From a plasmid: a DNA stretch of 21,217 nt. The position numbers and the translations under genes were made by a program. Position 1 is the first letter of the stretch. Every line of letters begins with the position of its first letter. Below the pieces are notes generated by a model, which saw nothing but the letters and a program-made list of their open reading frames with translations, searched no databases and had not been told where the DNA came from. Where the stretch lies: sequence record NZ_CP073098.1; one strand, given 5' to 3'. Of the stretch, positions 1 through 7,921 are shown piece by piece.

Positions 1-1342
1 AGCGCCGCCGCTGCAACGTCTCTAGCGCGTCGCGCATGACCGCATCAGAATGGGCGTCTACGTCAAAGAGTGGGCGGGTGTTTTCGGTGTTTTCGCCGTG
101 GGCATCGGCTATTGCGGCAAGGTGATAGCTACCGTCATCGAGGGCTAAAACTTCCTTGCGCCATGCTTCGCGCAGCTCGTAGAGGGACTCTGGTTCGCGC
201 TTGGCATCGCGGGTTTCCAAGATTGCTTTTTGCCACAACTGGTTCATTTCCTGCACGCTCGGGCTGGCCTGACGCTGGGCAATATGTTCTTCGACCAGGC
301 GCTCATAGACGGGCAAAGCGTTAGCACGACGCTTGGAAAAAGCATCCATGAGTTCATCAGAAATACCGGCGACTTCCCAGGTCGGTTCCTTGCCGGAATC
401 GCGTTCACGTGGGACGAATTGCACGCCCATTTCGTTGGTCAACAAGGTCGTAAGTATCGAGTCAAAGCGGTGGGAAATCGTCTGATTGAACTTCATCAAC
501 GTGTAGCCATCAATCGACAACCAACGCCCATCCTCGGCCTGAACCTTGTTGGACACAAGCACATGCGAGTGCAAATCTGGGTCACCTGCACGGGTGTCAT
601 AGTGCTTAAATTCGGACGCAATAAGCCCTTTAGTTTTGACTTGTTCTGCGCCAGCTTTGCCCGAGCGAGTAAACAAAGCATTGTCTTCCGTCCACTCTAA
701 AGCCTCAGCAACCGCACGGTGATGAAGCTCCTCAATGCGACGGGAAGTGTCTTCATCGGCGAGTGCCCAGAGCACAGAAATCGACTTCGCAGGCGAGAAC
801 GTCAGGTCAAAACCAGCCACAGATTGACGCACTTCGTCTTTTAAACCGTTGACCCAATTAACGACTTCGCGGCCTGATTCTGGCTCGCGTCCGAACTCCT
901 CAATGAAGAATTCAGTGCCAATTTCTTGAGCCATGTCAGAGCGCTGCTCGCGCGTTAACAGCGTCTTTTCACGCTGGCGGTGCTTACGTTCTGCGTCGCG
1001 CAATGCCACCAAAACGGGGATGTCATTGGTGTAATTGGCAAACGGCCTACCCAACTGAATATCTTTGACTTTCGCGCCGTCACGCATGAGATTATCTGCG
1101 TCTGGATGCAAGCCTTCGCCGTAGAGTGCGGCCATGTTTTCTTCCGAAATTTCCGCGCCAGCGTGAATATCTTCGTTGTTAAAACCGGCTAGTCCGCGTC
1201 CAATCCAGCGCCCTGGCGGGGTGCCTTTCGCGGCGTAATACTTGCTCAAACTTGGTTCATCGGTTGGCCCGTCGTTGGTAGCCACAGAGCGCAAGAGGTA
1301 CTCGTACCCCGTTCCGCTGTGGACTACTCGCAGGCTCATCAT
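1..1342 (-). CDS. traA: Conjugative relaxase TraA (MOBF/TrwC family), N-terminal relaxase domain; partial, the gene runs off the left edge
   Basis: Minus-strand translation from ATG at 1342 (alt ATG 1351) gives MMSLRVVHSGTGYEYLL... with the relaxase 3-His motif HYDTRAGDPDLHSHVLVSNK. It is open to position 1, with 447 codons plus 1 base. No stop is reached. Confidence 0.85.
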   Translation of the reverse strand, partial: MMSLRVVHSGTGYEYLLRSVATNDGPTDEPSLSKYYAAKGTPPGRWIGRGLAGFNNEDIHAGAEISEENMAALYGEGLHPDADNLMRDGAKVKDIQLGRPFANYTNDIPVLVALRDAERKHRQREKTLLTREQRSDMAQEIGTEFFIEEFGREPESGREVVNWVNGLKDEVRQSVAGFDLTFSPAKSISVLWALADEDTSRRIEELHHRAVAEALEWTEDNALFTRSGKAGAEQVKTKGLIASEFKHYDTRAGDPDLHSHVLVSNKVQAEDGRWLSIDGYTLMKFNQTISHRFDSILTTLLTNEMGVQFVPRERDSGKEPTWEVAGISDELMDAFSKRRANALPVYERLVEEHIAQRQASPSVQEMNQLWQKAILETRDAKREPESLYELREAWRKEVLALDDGSYHLAAIADAHGENTENTRPLFDVDAHSDAVMRDALETLQRRR

Positions 1343-1351
1343 GTAGCCCAT

Positions 1352-1542
1352 GCTACCAGCCAAAACCCGATTAACACTAAGAGTGCATAAAGTGTGTTGT
1401 GAAAAGGGCGCTCGCGCTCGCTGCCGCAGGCTTTCAGCAAAGACTGCGGGGATAGTCCACTGATTGCTTCCGGTTACGCCGAACTTCCCGCGTGGTGTTT
1501 GTGTCAGGAGTGGGGCGGTGTGTTCGATGGCATTGTGGGTTT
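1352..1542. promoter_or_regulatory. Candidate oriT / traA promoter region. GC-rich, with inverted repeat CCGCAG-N14-CTGCGG (about 1423-1448) and GCGCTC direct repeats.
   Basis: MOBF relaxases usually nick an oriT immediately upstream of their own gene. Inverted and direct repeats are present, but no nic consensus could be verified. Confidence 0.3.
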
Positions 1543-1902
1543 ATGGTTACCGCAAGTAGAAGTTTGAGGAAGCGTCAGGAACTGCGTCAGCATCTCGAAA
1601 AAGGACAGCGTAAGCTGCGCGACCGCAAGAAGAAGCTCAACTCCCTGTTATCACTCATCGATCAGCGTGAGAATCTCAACGAGAAGATTGGTCACGCCTC
1701 GCGGGCAGTTATCGATCTAGGGGAACCTAAAGAACTCGTGCGCGATCTCGTCGGCGTGAGCCAGCGCGATTTCAACGACATGCTCAAGACTGCTAAGGAG
1801 TCCTCCCCTAGTGCGGAGGACTCCTCTGGAGACGATGAGTCGCATACTGTCGATGGTGAGCGCCAGTACAACGACGAAGCCGATGAGAATAGTAGCCAGT
1901 AG
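1543..1902 (+). CDS. Small basic/coiled-coil protein with putative HTH (ELVRDLVGVSQRDFNDMLK) and acidic C-terminal tail; divergent from traA
   Basis: ORF 1492..1902; the internal ATG at 1543 (MVTASRSLRKRQELRQ...) is preferred over upstream GTGs because the extra N-terminal residues are Cys/Trp-rich and unprotein-like. Start is uncertain. Confidence 0.5.
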   Translation: MVTASRSLRKRQELRQHLEKGQRKLRDRKKKLNSLLSLIDQRENLNEKIGHASRAVIDLGEPKELVRDLVGVSQRDFNDMLKTAKESSPSAEDSSGDDESHTVDGERQYNDEADENSSQ

Positions 1903-1943
1903 TCAGTAGAGAGAAAGTCAGTCTTCGGCGTTAGCGGCTGCAG

Positions 1944-2264
1944 CTACTGTTGCTCGTTCGGGTCGTAATACTCGCCAGGGTTGGCGGGCGCGTCTTCGTA
2001 CGTGTTGGAGTAGGGCGAGTCGTTGGTCTCGTCCGTAGCGCGCTCGTAGTGGTCGGCCATAGATCCAATCATCACGCCGAGGAAGGTGAGGAAGAACCAG
2101 ATGATTACCCAGGCGATTACTCCGCCTAGTGCTCTGATGCTTCCTGCCACCAGTCCTGCGCGTCGTATCTGGGCAATGAGCATCCAGACTGGCAAGGCGA
2201 TGAGTGCTAACTGCCACCAGCCGGGAACGTGGCTGGTGGATTCGATAAATGGCAGTGCGTCCAC
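1944..2264 (-). CDS. Small membrane protein (2 predicted TM helices, acidic Pro/Tyr-rich C-terminus)
   Basis: GTG start at 2264, preceded by GAAGGA RBS 7 nt upstream. Hydrophobic segments WWQLALIALPVWMLIA and VIAWVIIWFFLTFLGVMIG. Confidence 0.5.
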   Translation of the reverse strand: MDALPFIESTSHVPGWWQLALIALPVWMLIAQIRRAGLVAGSIRALGGVIAWVIIWFFLTFLGVMIGSMADHYERATDETNDSPYSNTYEDAPANPGEYYDPNEQQ

Positions 2265-2323
2265 GGAAGCGTCCTTCTTCTCTGTGGCGCGCGCCGCTCA
2301 TGATGCTGTTAAAGAGTTTGAGA

Positions 2324-2428
2324 AGACTCCTCCAGTCTTGCGTATGGTAAACATTGTTTACAAAGTGTCGATTAAACAATTCTATCGACAGTCCCAAGAG
2401 TGGCAGCAATAGTAAACAATGTTTACCA
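2324..2428. promoter_or_regulatory. Operator/promoter cluster with 15-bp palindromes GTAAACA-N-TGTTTAC (two copies) and two further inverted repeats
   Basis: Palindrome copies at 2347..2361 and 2412..2426. Inverted repeat TGTCGAT-N11-ATCGACA at 2366..2390. Inverted repeat AGACT-CCTCC-AGTCT at 2324..2338. All lie between the divergent membrane-protein and RHH genes. Confidence 0.5.
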
Positions 2429-2453
2429 TGCTGCCAAGGAGAGGATACTTCAT

Positions 2454-2717
2454 ATGAAACAAGGACCCCACCCTTCCGGACGTGTGGTGTCTGTACGGAT
2501 GCCAGATGAAATCATTGAACGACTCGACGCTCTCTGCGATAGGACAGGACGTAGTCGAGGTTTCTACTTAAAAATGGCTATTACAGCCATGCTTCCCAAA
2601 CTAGAAGAATTCCATTGGAATCAAGTGGCTGCAGACTTCGAAGAGAAGACAATCAACAACTTGTTTAACCAAATAATGCTCAACGGGCTAAAAGACGAGC
2701 CCGAAGAACAAGGGTGA
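2454..2717 (+). CDS. Ribbon-helix-helix (CopG/Arc/MetJ-like) DNA-binding protein
   Basis: ATG at 2454 with AAGGAGAGG RBS. The RHH core pattern is beta strand RVVSVRMPDE, then helix IIERLDALCDRTG, then helix SRGFYLKMAITAML. Confidence 0.7.
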   Translation: MKQGPHPSGRVVSVRMPDEIIERLDALCDRTGRSRGFYLKMAITAMLPKLEEFHWNQVAADFEEKTINNLFNQIMLNGLKDEPEEQG

Positions 2718-2845
2718 CTCCACTAATGCCTTAGGTTCCGAGCAAGCTTCATCAAAGCAAACAGCCGATAAGGCTTCTTGGCAACAGCCGCCACCATTAC
2801 TAAATCTCCCAGTAAGTCACACTGATGTGATTTAATAGGCGGAGA

Positions 2846-2946
2846 AAATAAAAAGCCGCACCCCACACTCGTGGGGTGCGCAGCGCGAGCGGCACACACC
2901 CTCGGTTCAAGTCCAGGGCGCGCACGTTACCCAAGATATGGGTAAC
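2846..2946 (-). ncRNA. Predicted countertranscript (antisense RNA, about 100 nt) complementary to the repA leader
   Basis: Minus-strand intrinsic terminator: 10-bp GC stem CGCACCCCAC/GTGGGGTGCG (plus coords 2858..2881), loop ACTC, then UUUUUAUUUU (plus 2846..2855). Minus-strand -10 TATGAT at plus 2954..2959. A 5' stem-loop GUUACCCA-UAUCU-UGGGUAAC lies at 2926..2946. Confidence 0.35.
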
Positions 2947-3092
2947 CCCCGCATCATAGAGTTGGCGCTCTAGCGGGGGTCCAAAACAAAACGACACCGA
3001 CCGTGTCGGTTAAGACTCTACCACTTCCACACGGACAGTGAGCAAAGCACAACACGGGCGGTGTCGATAATCCGAAAGGAGACTACGGCACC

Positions 3093-4052
3093 ATGCAGCC
3101 CCCACACACCCCAGACGAGTGGCGCACCAAACTCGAAGCAGCCAAAGAACTAGCCCGCCGGCAAGAACACGACGCCGCACAAGAACTCCTCCAAGCCCAA
3201 GACGTCGGCTACACCTCCAAACTCTTCGTCCAAGCACTCTTCCCCTACCGCAAAACCGAGGGAAACAACCGCACCGTCGAAACACCACAGGGAACAATCA
3301 CCATCCTCTCCCAACGAGGAGTCCCCTACGGCAAGTACCCACGCCTCATCATGGCCTACATCATCACCCGCGCCGTAGCTAATGCCGGACGCCTCAAAGA
3401 AGGCAAAATCACCCACGAAGAAGCCTGCCGCATTCCACTAGGCCACTCCATGAGCCACTTCCTCCAAGCAATCGGCATCACCGGACGCGGCACCGGCGGA
3501 GCAACCGGAAACCTGAAAAATATCCGCGAGCAACTCCTACGCATCGCAGGATCTTTCATCACAGTCCAAAGCGACGACGGGGTTCACGCACGCGGACACA
3601 ACACCCAAATACTGGAAGACTGGAACCTCTGGTTCGACTCCCGCGACCCCAACCAGGGAAGCTTCATAGAATCAGAACTAGTACTCACTCCCCAATTCTT
3701 CAAGCACATTGCCGAAGCGCCTATCCCCATCGACCTCAACGTCCTGCGCGAACTCAACAAACCACGTTCGATGGATATTTACATTTGGCTCACCGTAAAG
3801 CAATACTGGCTGGCGAAAAACAACCGCGAAACTTATACCTTCACCTGGGGCATGATCGCTGCCAATTTCGCCACCTCAGAGATAACCTCTACGGCCCAGA
3901 TGCGAGACTTTAGACGACGCACAAAAGAAGCAATAGAAGAAGTTGCAAAGGTATGGCCCTACTCGGGAATTGAAGCCGACACAGACGGAGTAACGGTCAC
4001 GAGAACTGCCCCATCAGTTCAGCAGAAGCCACATCGCCCCGAACTCGACTAA
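3093..4052 (+). CDS. repA: Plasmid replication initiator RepA (theta-type, iteron-associated)
   Basis: 319-aa ORF with AAAGGAG RBS at 3068. The C-terminal winged-helix-like segment (PIDLNVLRELNKPRSMDIYIWLTVKQYW) is typical of plasmid Rep initiators. Iterons and a DnaA box follow immediately downstream. Confidence 0.8.
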   Translation: MQPPHTPDEWRTKLEAAKELARRQEHDAAQELLQAQDVGYTSKLFVQALFPYRKTEGNNRTVETPQGTITILSQRGVPYGKYPRLIMAYIITRAVANAGRLKEGKITHEEACRIPLGHSMSHFLQAIGITGRGTGGATGNLKNIREQLLRIAGSFITVQSDDGVHARGHNTQILEDWNLWFDSRDPNQGSFIESELVLTPQFFKHIAEAPIPIDLNVLRELNKPRSMDIYIWLTVKQYWLAKNNRETYTFTWGMIAANFATSEITSTAQMRDFRRRTKEAIEEVAKVWPYSGIEADTDGVTVTRTAPSVQQKPHRPELD

Positions 4053-4107
4053 ACCGAACGCAGAAGACTAGCGCCCTCCGGGGCGCTTTCTTTTTACCCA
4101 AAACAGC

Positions 4108-4342
4108 TTGCGCATATTTACCGATACGCCTGCGCATATTTACGCATACGAAAAAAGGGCCTGCGCATAAGTTGACACACACGCCTGCGCATAAGTTGAC
4201 ACATGACAGGTTTTCCCAGTTCAGGATGCGCATAAGTTGACACACGCAAAATAGCCCTGCGCATAAGTTGACACACGCCTGCGCATAAGTTGACACACGC
4301 CTGCGCATAAGTTGACACACGCCTGCGCATAAGTTGACACAC
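4108..4342 (+). repeat. Iterons: 7 full and 2 degenerate copies of a 22-bp unit (g)CCTGCGCATAAGTTGACACAC, including 4 perfect tandem copies at 22-bp phase
   Basis: Full copies at 4160, 4184, 4227, 4256, 4278, 4300 and 4322. Degenerate copies TGCGCATATTTAC at about 4109 and 4130. Confidence 0.85.
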
Positions 4343-4350
4343 AAAGATAC

Positions 4351-4359
4351 TTATCCACA
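4351..4359 (+). promoter_or_regulatory. DnaA box TTATCCACA (perfect consensus), adjacent to the iterons; followed by an AT-rich stretch with CTATATCCC direct repeats (about 4390..4420)
   Basis: Exact 9-mer match immediately 3' of the last iteron. Confidence 0.4.
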
Positions 4360-4755
4360 GGGTTTCACCTGCGGGTTCACCTATTTTCCCAGGTCGCTTA
4401 TAACTATATCCCTGTAGATCTATATCCCCAGCCGATCAACCAACAAAACCGTTCACTACGGGTTACGGTCTATGCTCCCGCCTCGCCTTGCGGCTCGTTG
4501 GGCTGCCGCCCAAATCAATAGATTTGGTTGCCACCACACACCCCACAACAACCGCACTCCTTCCACCCGCCGCGTGGCCGTTGTATCTCCTAAACTCTTG
4601 GACAAAGAAAAAGAGCGGCAAAGAATCAGAAAAAGGTAACTAAGTGCCCCAAGGACGCTACATCGACGACCCACGCTTTAGACGCGACCTCGAAGACATT
4701 CTAGCGCCTAGAAGCCCAAGAGGTCACGTCTCCACTAGAGCTTGGTTCCTCAATC

Positions 4756-5760
4756 ATGGAGTCCTACAGCCAGGCTCGCTACAACTACACCTTCCCCACT
4801 GTTCCTGCTGTTTCAGCACAGGACAGTAATCTGCGTGACTCCCACACCTGGAGTCGCTTCCTGGACTCGACTGCCGCCTACCCGGGCTGGGGAAAAGATG
4901 AGCTGGAACATCTCGCACAGTCTGCTGCACCACTCGACGCCGACAGCCTCAAGGCTAAAGGCTTAGCCTCTCACCGCTACCGCGTGAGCGCTAAAAGCCC
5001 TGATACGCGCCAGCGGCTACTAGAGACCATGCTGGAGCAACTCGACGACTCAAACCTCGTCGACGTTCACCTCACTCACACCATAGGCACATACCTCACC
5101 GCAAAAAGTGCCAAAACCAACTTTCGCACCCTTCCCCGAAGCGATAACACGACCCAACATTTTCGACTGACCATCAACACCACCGAGCCACTAGAAAGAA
5201 ACCTCAGCACCGCTACCCGCGCAGTGTTTACTGCCAGCACAAGTATTTTGCGCGAGACCACGCTGCAAGAGTGTGCCCGGACTGGACTTTTTGGAAATGA
5301 CGAAACCAACTCTGACGTCTTTCACGATAGGCAGAAGACCACCGCAGAGTTCTTTACCCACAGTGCGTCCCGCGTGTTTACTGGCCTATTTAAAGACCAG
5401 CCCGCCGAGCACGACGACATCACCGTTCCAGACTTTCTCAACCGCGAAGAACTTGACGCTATCGCCACCCGCCTGCACGTCTGCGCACACCAATGGATAG
5501 ACACTATCCAACCTGAGACCACCACCCCATATGGCCCGGAGGAACACAACAGTCTCGACACCGTGCTCTCACGCTTTCCCAACCATAAGACACGCCTTGC
5601 ACCAGGAGCACAAGCAAGCCTCGACTTCATTGAAAGCCTCGGACTAGACGAGACCCCTACCGGCTACCAGACCGTAGATAGCGCACACGACAACCAGACC
5701 GAGAACGCGGCACCAGAGCTAGAGGCAGACAACGAAGACGGCCAGGACGCCGAACTCTAA
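4756..5760 (+). CDS. Hypothetical 334-aa protein whose C-terminal motif and acidic tail are shared with TraA
   Basis: Long ORF; first in-frame ATG at 4756, with no convincing RBS. The C-terminus LAPGAQASLDFIESLGLDET plus acidic tail matches the TraA C-terminus LHPGAQASMDFLAGLGLGES. Confidence 0.6.
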   Translation: MESYSQARYNYTFPTVPAVSAQDSNLRDSHTWSRFLDSTAAYPGWGKDELEHLAQSAAPLDADSLKAKGLASHRYRVSAKSPDTRQRLLETMLEQLDDSNLVDVHLTHTIGTYLTAKSAKTNFRTLPRSDNTTQHFRLTINTTEPLERNLSTATRAVFTASTSILRETTLQECARTGLFGNDETNSDVFHDRQKTTAEFFTHSASRVFTGLFKDQPAEHDDITVPDFLNREELDAIATRLHVCAHQWIDTIQPETTTPYGPEEHNSLDTVLSRFPNHKTRLAPGAQASLDFIESLGLDETPTGYQTVDSAHDNQTENAAPELEADNEDGQDAEL

Positions 5761-5787
5761 CCACGCCCAAGAAAACAGGCCTAATCC

Positions 5788-6029
5788 TTAGTCGGTGCTA
5801 TCCCAGAAATCATCAGGGATAGCCTTCCTATCCAACTCGTCGAGATACTCTATAGCTTCCGCCTCACTCATGCCGTGTCTTACTAATTCATCAATCATGT
5901 AGTCGGTGGCAGCGTTTAACTCCTGCAGGGAAATATCCCGCAGACTCGCCCCCCGCCGCTGACCTTCCCCAGTAGTCGTAGTAGCGGGGGTCGGGGTGGT
6001 ATTTGGGTAGTCCTGCGAAGTGCTCATAG
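5788..6029 (-). CDS. Small hypothetical protein, Thr/Pro-rich N-terminus and acidic C-terminus (…DYMIDELVRHGMSEAEAIEYLDELDRKAIPDDFWDSTD)
   Basis: ORF 5788..6090; the internal ATG at about 6029 is preferred. Convergent with the preceding gene. No strong RBS. Confidence 0.35.
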
Positions 6030-6191
6030 CACTAAGGCAACCACACCCACGCCCGCTACGAAAGGCCAACCACACTAACCCTGTGGACAACCCACACGGA
6101 GCCAGTATGACTATCCACAGAAACCCATGCAGTCGCTATGTTCGATAGCGTTTAGGCCTCCATGTCGATATAGGCCTCTAGGCTTGAGGCC

Positions 6192-6857
6192 ATGGGCTTT
6201 TTAGAAAACCTCCGCAACCGCTACACCCCACGCACACCGGGCAAACCAGTCTTTGCCGTCATTGACACCGAAACCACCGGCTTTAACAAGCGCTACGACC
6301 GCATCATTGAAATCGCTGCCGTGCGCGCAGACAGCCACTTCAACCCCATCGACTCCTGGCACACACTGCTCAACCCTGACGGCAAGACCATTAAAAACTC
6401 CCACATCCACGGCATTACCAACGACATGGTGACAACCGCCCCAACGTTTAGCGAAGTATATGGCGACTTCACTAGCTACATCGACGGCATGCAGCTATTC
6501 GCGCACAACGCGCCGTTTGACTCAAAAATGATCGTTTCTGAGGTCGACCGTATGACCGGTGGAGACGATGACGAGGACGAGTTCTTCCCGTTTATTGACA
6601 CCATTGACCTTGCCAAGCAAATACTCGACCGTGGCCCCTACAACCTACCGGCACTCCTTGACCGCCTGGGACTGGACAATCCTGACGCCCACGCAGCAGT
6701 AGCCGATGCGACCGCCACAGTGAACATGCTCCACGCCCTCTTCGGGTCTCAGCGCGGCGAAATAGGACGCCAAATCCTGCACCAAGGCCAAGCATTCCAC
6801 GCCACCAACACCTGGCGTACAAGCCACGCCACCCCACTGCTCCCCCGCAACATATAG
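6192..6857 (+). CDS. DEDDh-family 3'-5' exonuclease (DnaQ / DNA pol III epsilon-like)
   Basis: Exo I motif VIDTETTG, Exo II motif HNAPFD, Exo III motif HAAVADATAT (H-x4-D). Confidence 0.85.
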   Translation: MGFLENLRNRYTPRTPGKPVFAVIDTETTGFNKRYDRIIEIAAVRADSHFNPIDSWHTLLNPDGKTIKNSHIHGITNDMVTTAPTFSEVYGDFTSYIDGMQLFAHNAPFDSKMIVSEVDRMTGGDDDEDEFFPFIDTIDLAKQILDRGPYNLPALLDRLGLDNPDAHAAVADATATVNMLHALFGSQRGEIGRQILHQGQAFHATNTWRTSHATPLLPRNI

Positions 6858-6903
6858 GCACCCACCAGCGCAAATACTAACCACGGAAGCCCATGCGGGT
6901 GGG

Positions 6904-6976
6904 CATATGCTTTAGCATATGGCGGAACATACGCTATAACATATGTCTAAATATATGTCCTGCCATATGGCAGGAC
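6904..6976 (+). repeat. About 73-bp repeat element, copy 1, ending in the 20-bp palindrome GTCCTGCCATATGGCAGGAC (6957..6976); contains 4 CATATG cores
   Basis: Direct repeat of 7651..7723, with about 6 mismatches over 73 bp. Confidence 0.7.
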
Positions 6977-7147
6977 TCGCAGGCGCACAGAGGTGGGCGC
7001 ACGATTACGCATATTCCCGCCCGCAGCAGAGAAAAAGGGGGCTACAGGCTCAGTGTGGGAGTATTGCGAAACTGTCGTGCGCGCATTAGTCTAAAATGTG
7101 ACAGCACAGTTCACCTTTGAATTGCGGCTGCACAATAAAAATAACCC

Positions 7148-7185
7148 CAACCGACCACGAATCGGCTGGAGTTATCGGACCTAAA
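7148..7185 (-). terminator. Possible minus-strand intrinsic terminator (CCAACCGA/TCGGCTGG stem, then GGUUAUUUUUAUU)
   Basis: Imperfect 8-bp stem with one mismatch plus U-rich tail. No annotated minus-strand gene lies directly upstream. Confidence 0.3.
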
Positions 7186-7650
7186 GGCCCATGTGAAGCA
7201 TCGCTGTAACGAGCTTCACGATTACGGTCACAAGAACTATGACCTTGGTAGCCACATCGAGCCAGTCAAGCTTGGTGGCATCAAGGTCTTTTCTTTTGCG
7301 ACCGGGCGCTTCCAATGAGTGTCTACCCATCGGTCACCTCCCTAACGTCGTAGGGTTGTCCACTCGCCTAATAGGCGCGCAGAACAGCCCACGTACACGC
7401 GCGGACCTAACCGCGCACCGACGAGGGAGCCACGCCCACACCCAGCGGGGTGTGGTTGTGAACCAGCACTAACGCTAGCAGCTGCACCTGACGAGGCCTA
7501 GAAGCATGATTCCACCCCTCCCTTGTAAAAGCCGTCCACGAGGCAAAATGCACACAGAGTCACTCGTAGCCGCGCTCAAGTCCGTCAATGTCTTCGTCCA
7601 GCACCCTAGCTAGACGCACGAAAGAGCAGTTAGCTCTACACATTACTGGA

Positions 7651-7723
7651 TATATGCTTTCGCATATGGCGGAACATACGCTATAACATATGCCTAAGCA
7701 TATGTCCCGCCATATGGCAAGAC
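7651..7723 (+). repeat. About 73-bp repeat element, copy 2, ending in the palindrome GTCCCGCCATATGGCAAGAC (7704..7723)
   Basis: Direct repeat of copy 1, 747 bp downstream. Confidence 0.7.
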
Positions 7724-7785
7724 ATATCACGCCCTCCTAGGGCTGGTGTGAGATGAGCTTTTCGTAATTGGCAAACAATAGCTCC

Positions 7786-7825
7786 CATAAAACTATGTCC
7801 CCCAAAAATAGCTTGGGGGACATAG
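7786..7825 (-). terminator. Intrinsic terminator for the minus-strand 8545→7922 two-gene unit
   Basis: Perfect 13-bp stem CTATGTCCCCCAA/TTGGGGGACATAG at 7793..7825 with a 7-nt loop, followed on the minus strand by UUUU. Confidence 0.5.
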
Positions 7826-7921
7826 TAGGCGGCGTCCATCTCACTCATCTTAGAAGCATTACTGAGCAACAGTACTAAATCCAGAAGAGCAGAGAATGAA
7901 GGAAGCCAATACAACAAGTGG

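Noticed and set aside
2086-2412. Plus-strand 108-aa ORF
   Set aside because: It overlaps, antisense, the membrane-protein ORF that has an RBS and clear TM helices. The translated sequence is compositionally unprotein-like.
3010-3562. Several ORFs overlapping repA (3119..3382+, 3150..3416-, 3010..3297-, 3356..3562-)
   Set aside because: Arg/Pro/Gly-rich translations typical of off-frame readings of a GC-rich real gene. repA has the RBS and the downstream iterons.
4108-4342. Regular direct repeats that might be mistaken for a CRISPR array
   Set aside because: The 22-bp units are contiguous or nearly so, with no unique spacers of 25-40 bp between them. They sit next to a rep gene and a DnaA box, which is classic iteron architecture, and there are no cas genes.
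3997-4344. Minus-strand ORFs (115 aa and 74 aa) across the iteron array
   Set aside because: The translations are repeats of the iteron read as protein (…VNLCAGVCQLMRR…), an artefact of tandem DNA repeats.
4510-4527. Palindrome CCAAATC-AATA-GATTTGG upstream of the 334-aa gene
   Set aside because: A single 7-bp-arm palindrome with no repeat partner or adjacent regulator gene. Noted only as a possible operator.
4644-4829. GTG-initiated 61-aa ORF upstream and out of frame with the 334-aa gene
   Set aside because: No homology-like features. It overlaps the start of the longer, more protein-like ORF. A possible frameshift was considered, but nothing supports it.
6074-6115. Two further DnaA-box-like 9-mers (TTGTCCACA on the minus strand at 6074..6082; cTATCCACA at 6107..6115)
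   Set aside because: One-mismatch DnaA boxes are expected about 4-5 times by chance in 21 kb on two strands. Only the perfect box next to the iterons is treated as meaningful.
6893-7120. ORF 6893..7120(+); ORF 7681..7980(-) was rejected for the same reason
   Set aside because: Both run through the conserved direct-repeat or palindrome elements, and their translations are Cys/Trp/Arg-rich nonsense. The region is better explained as DNA sites.
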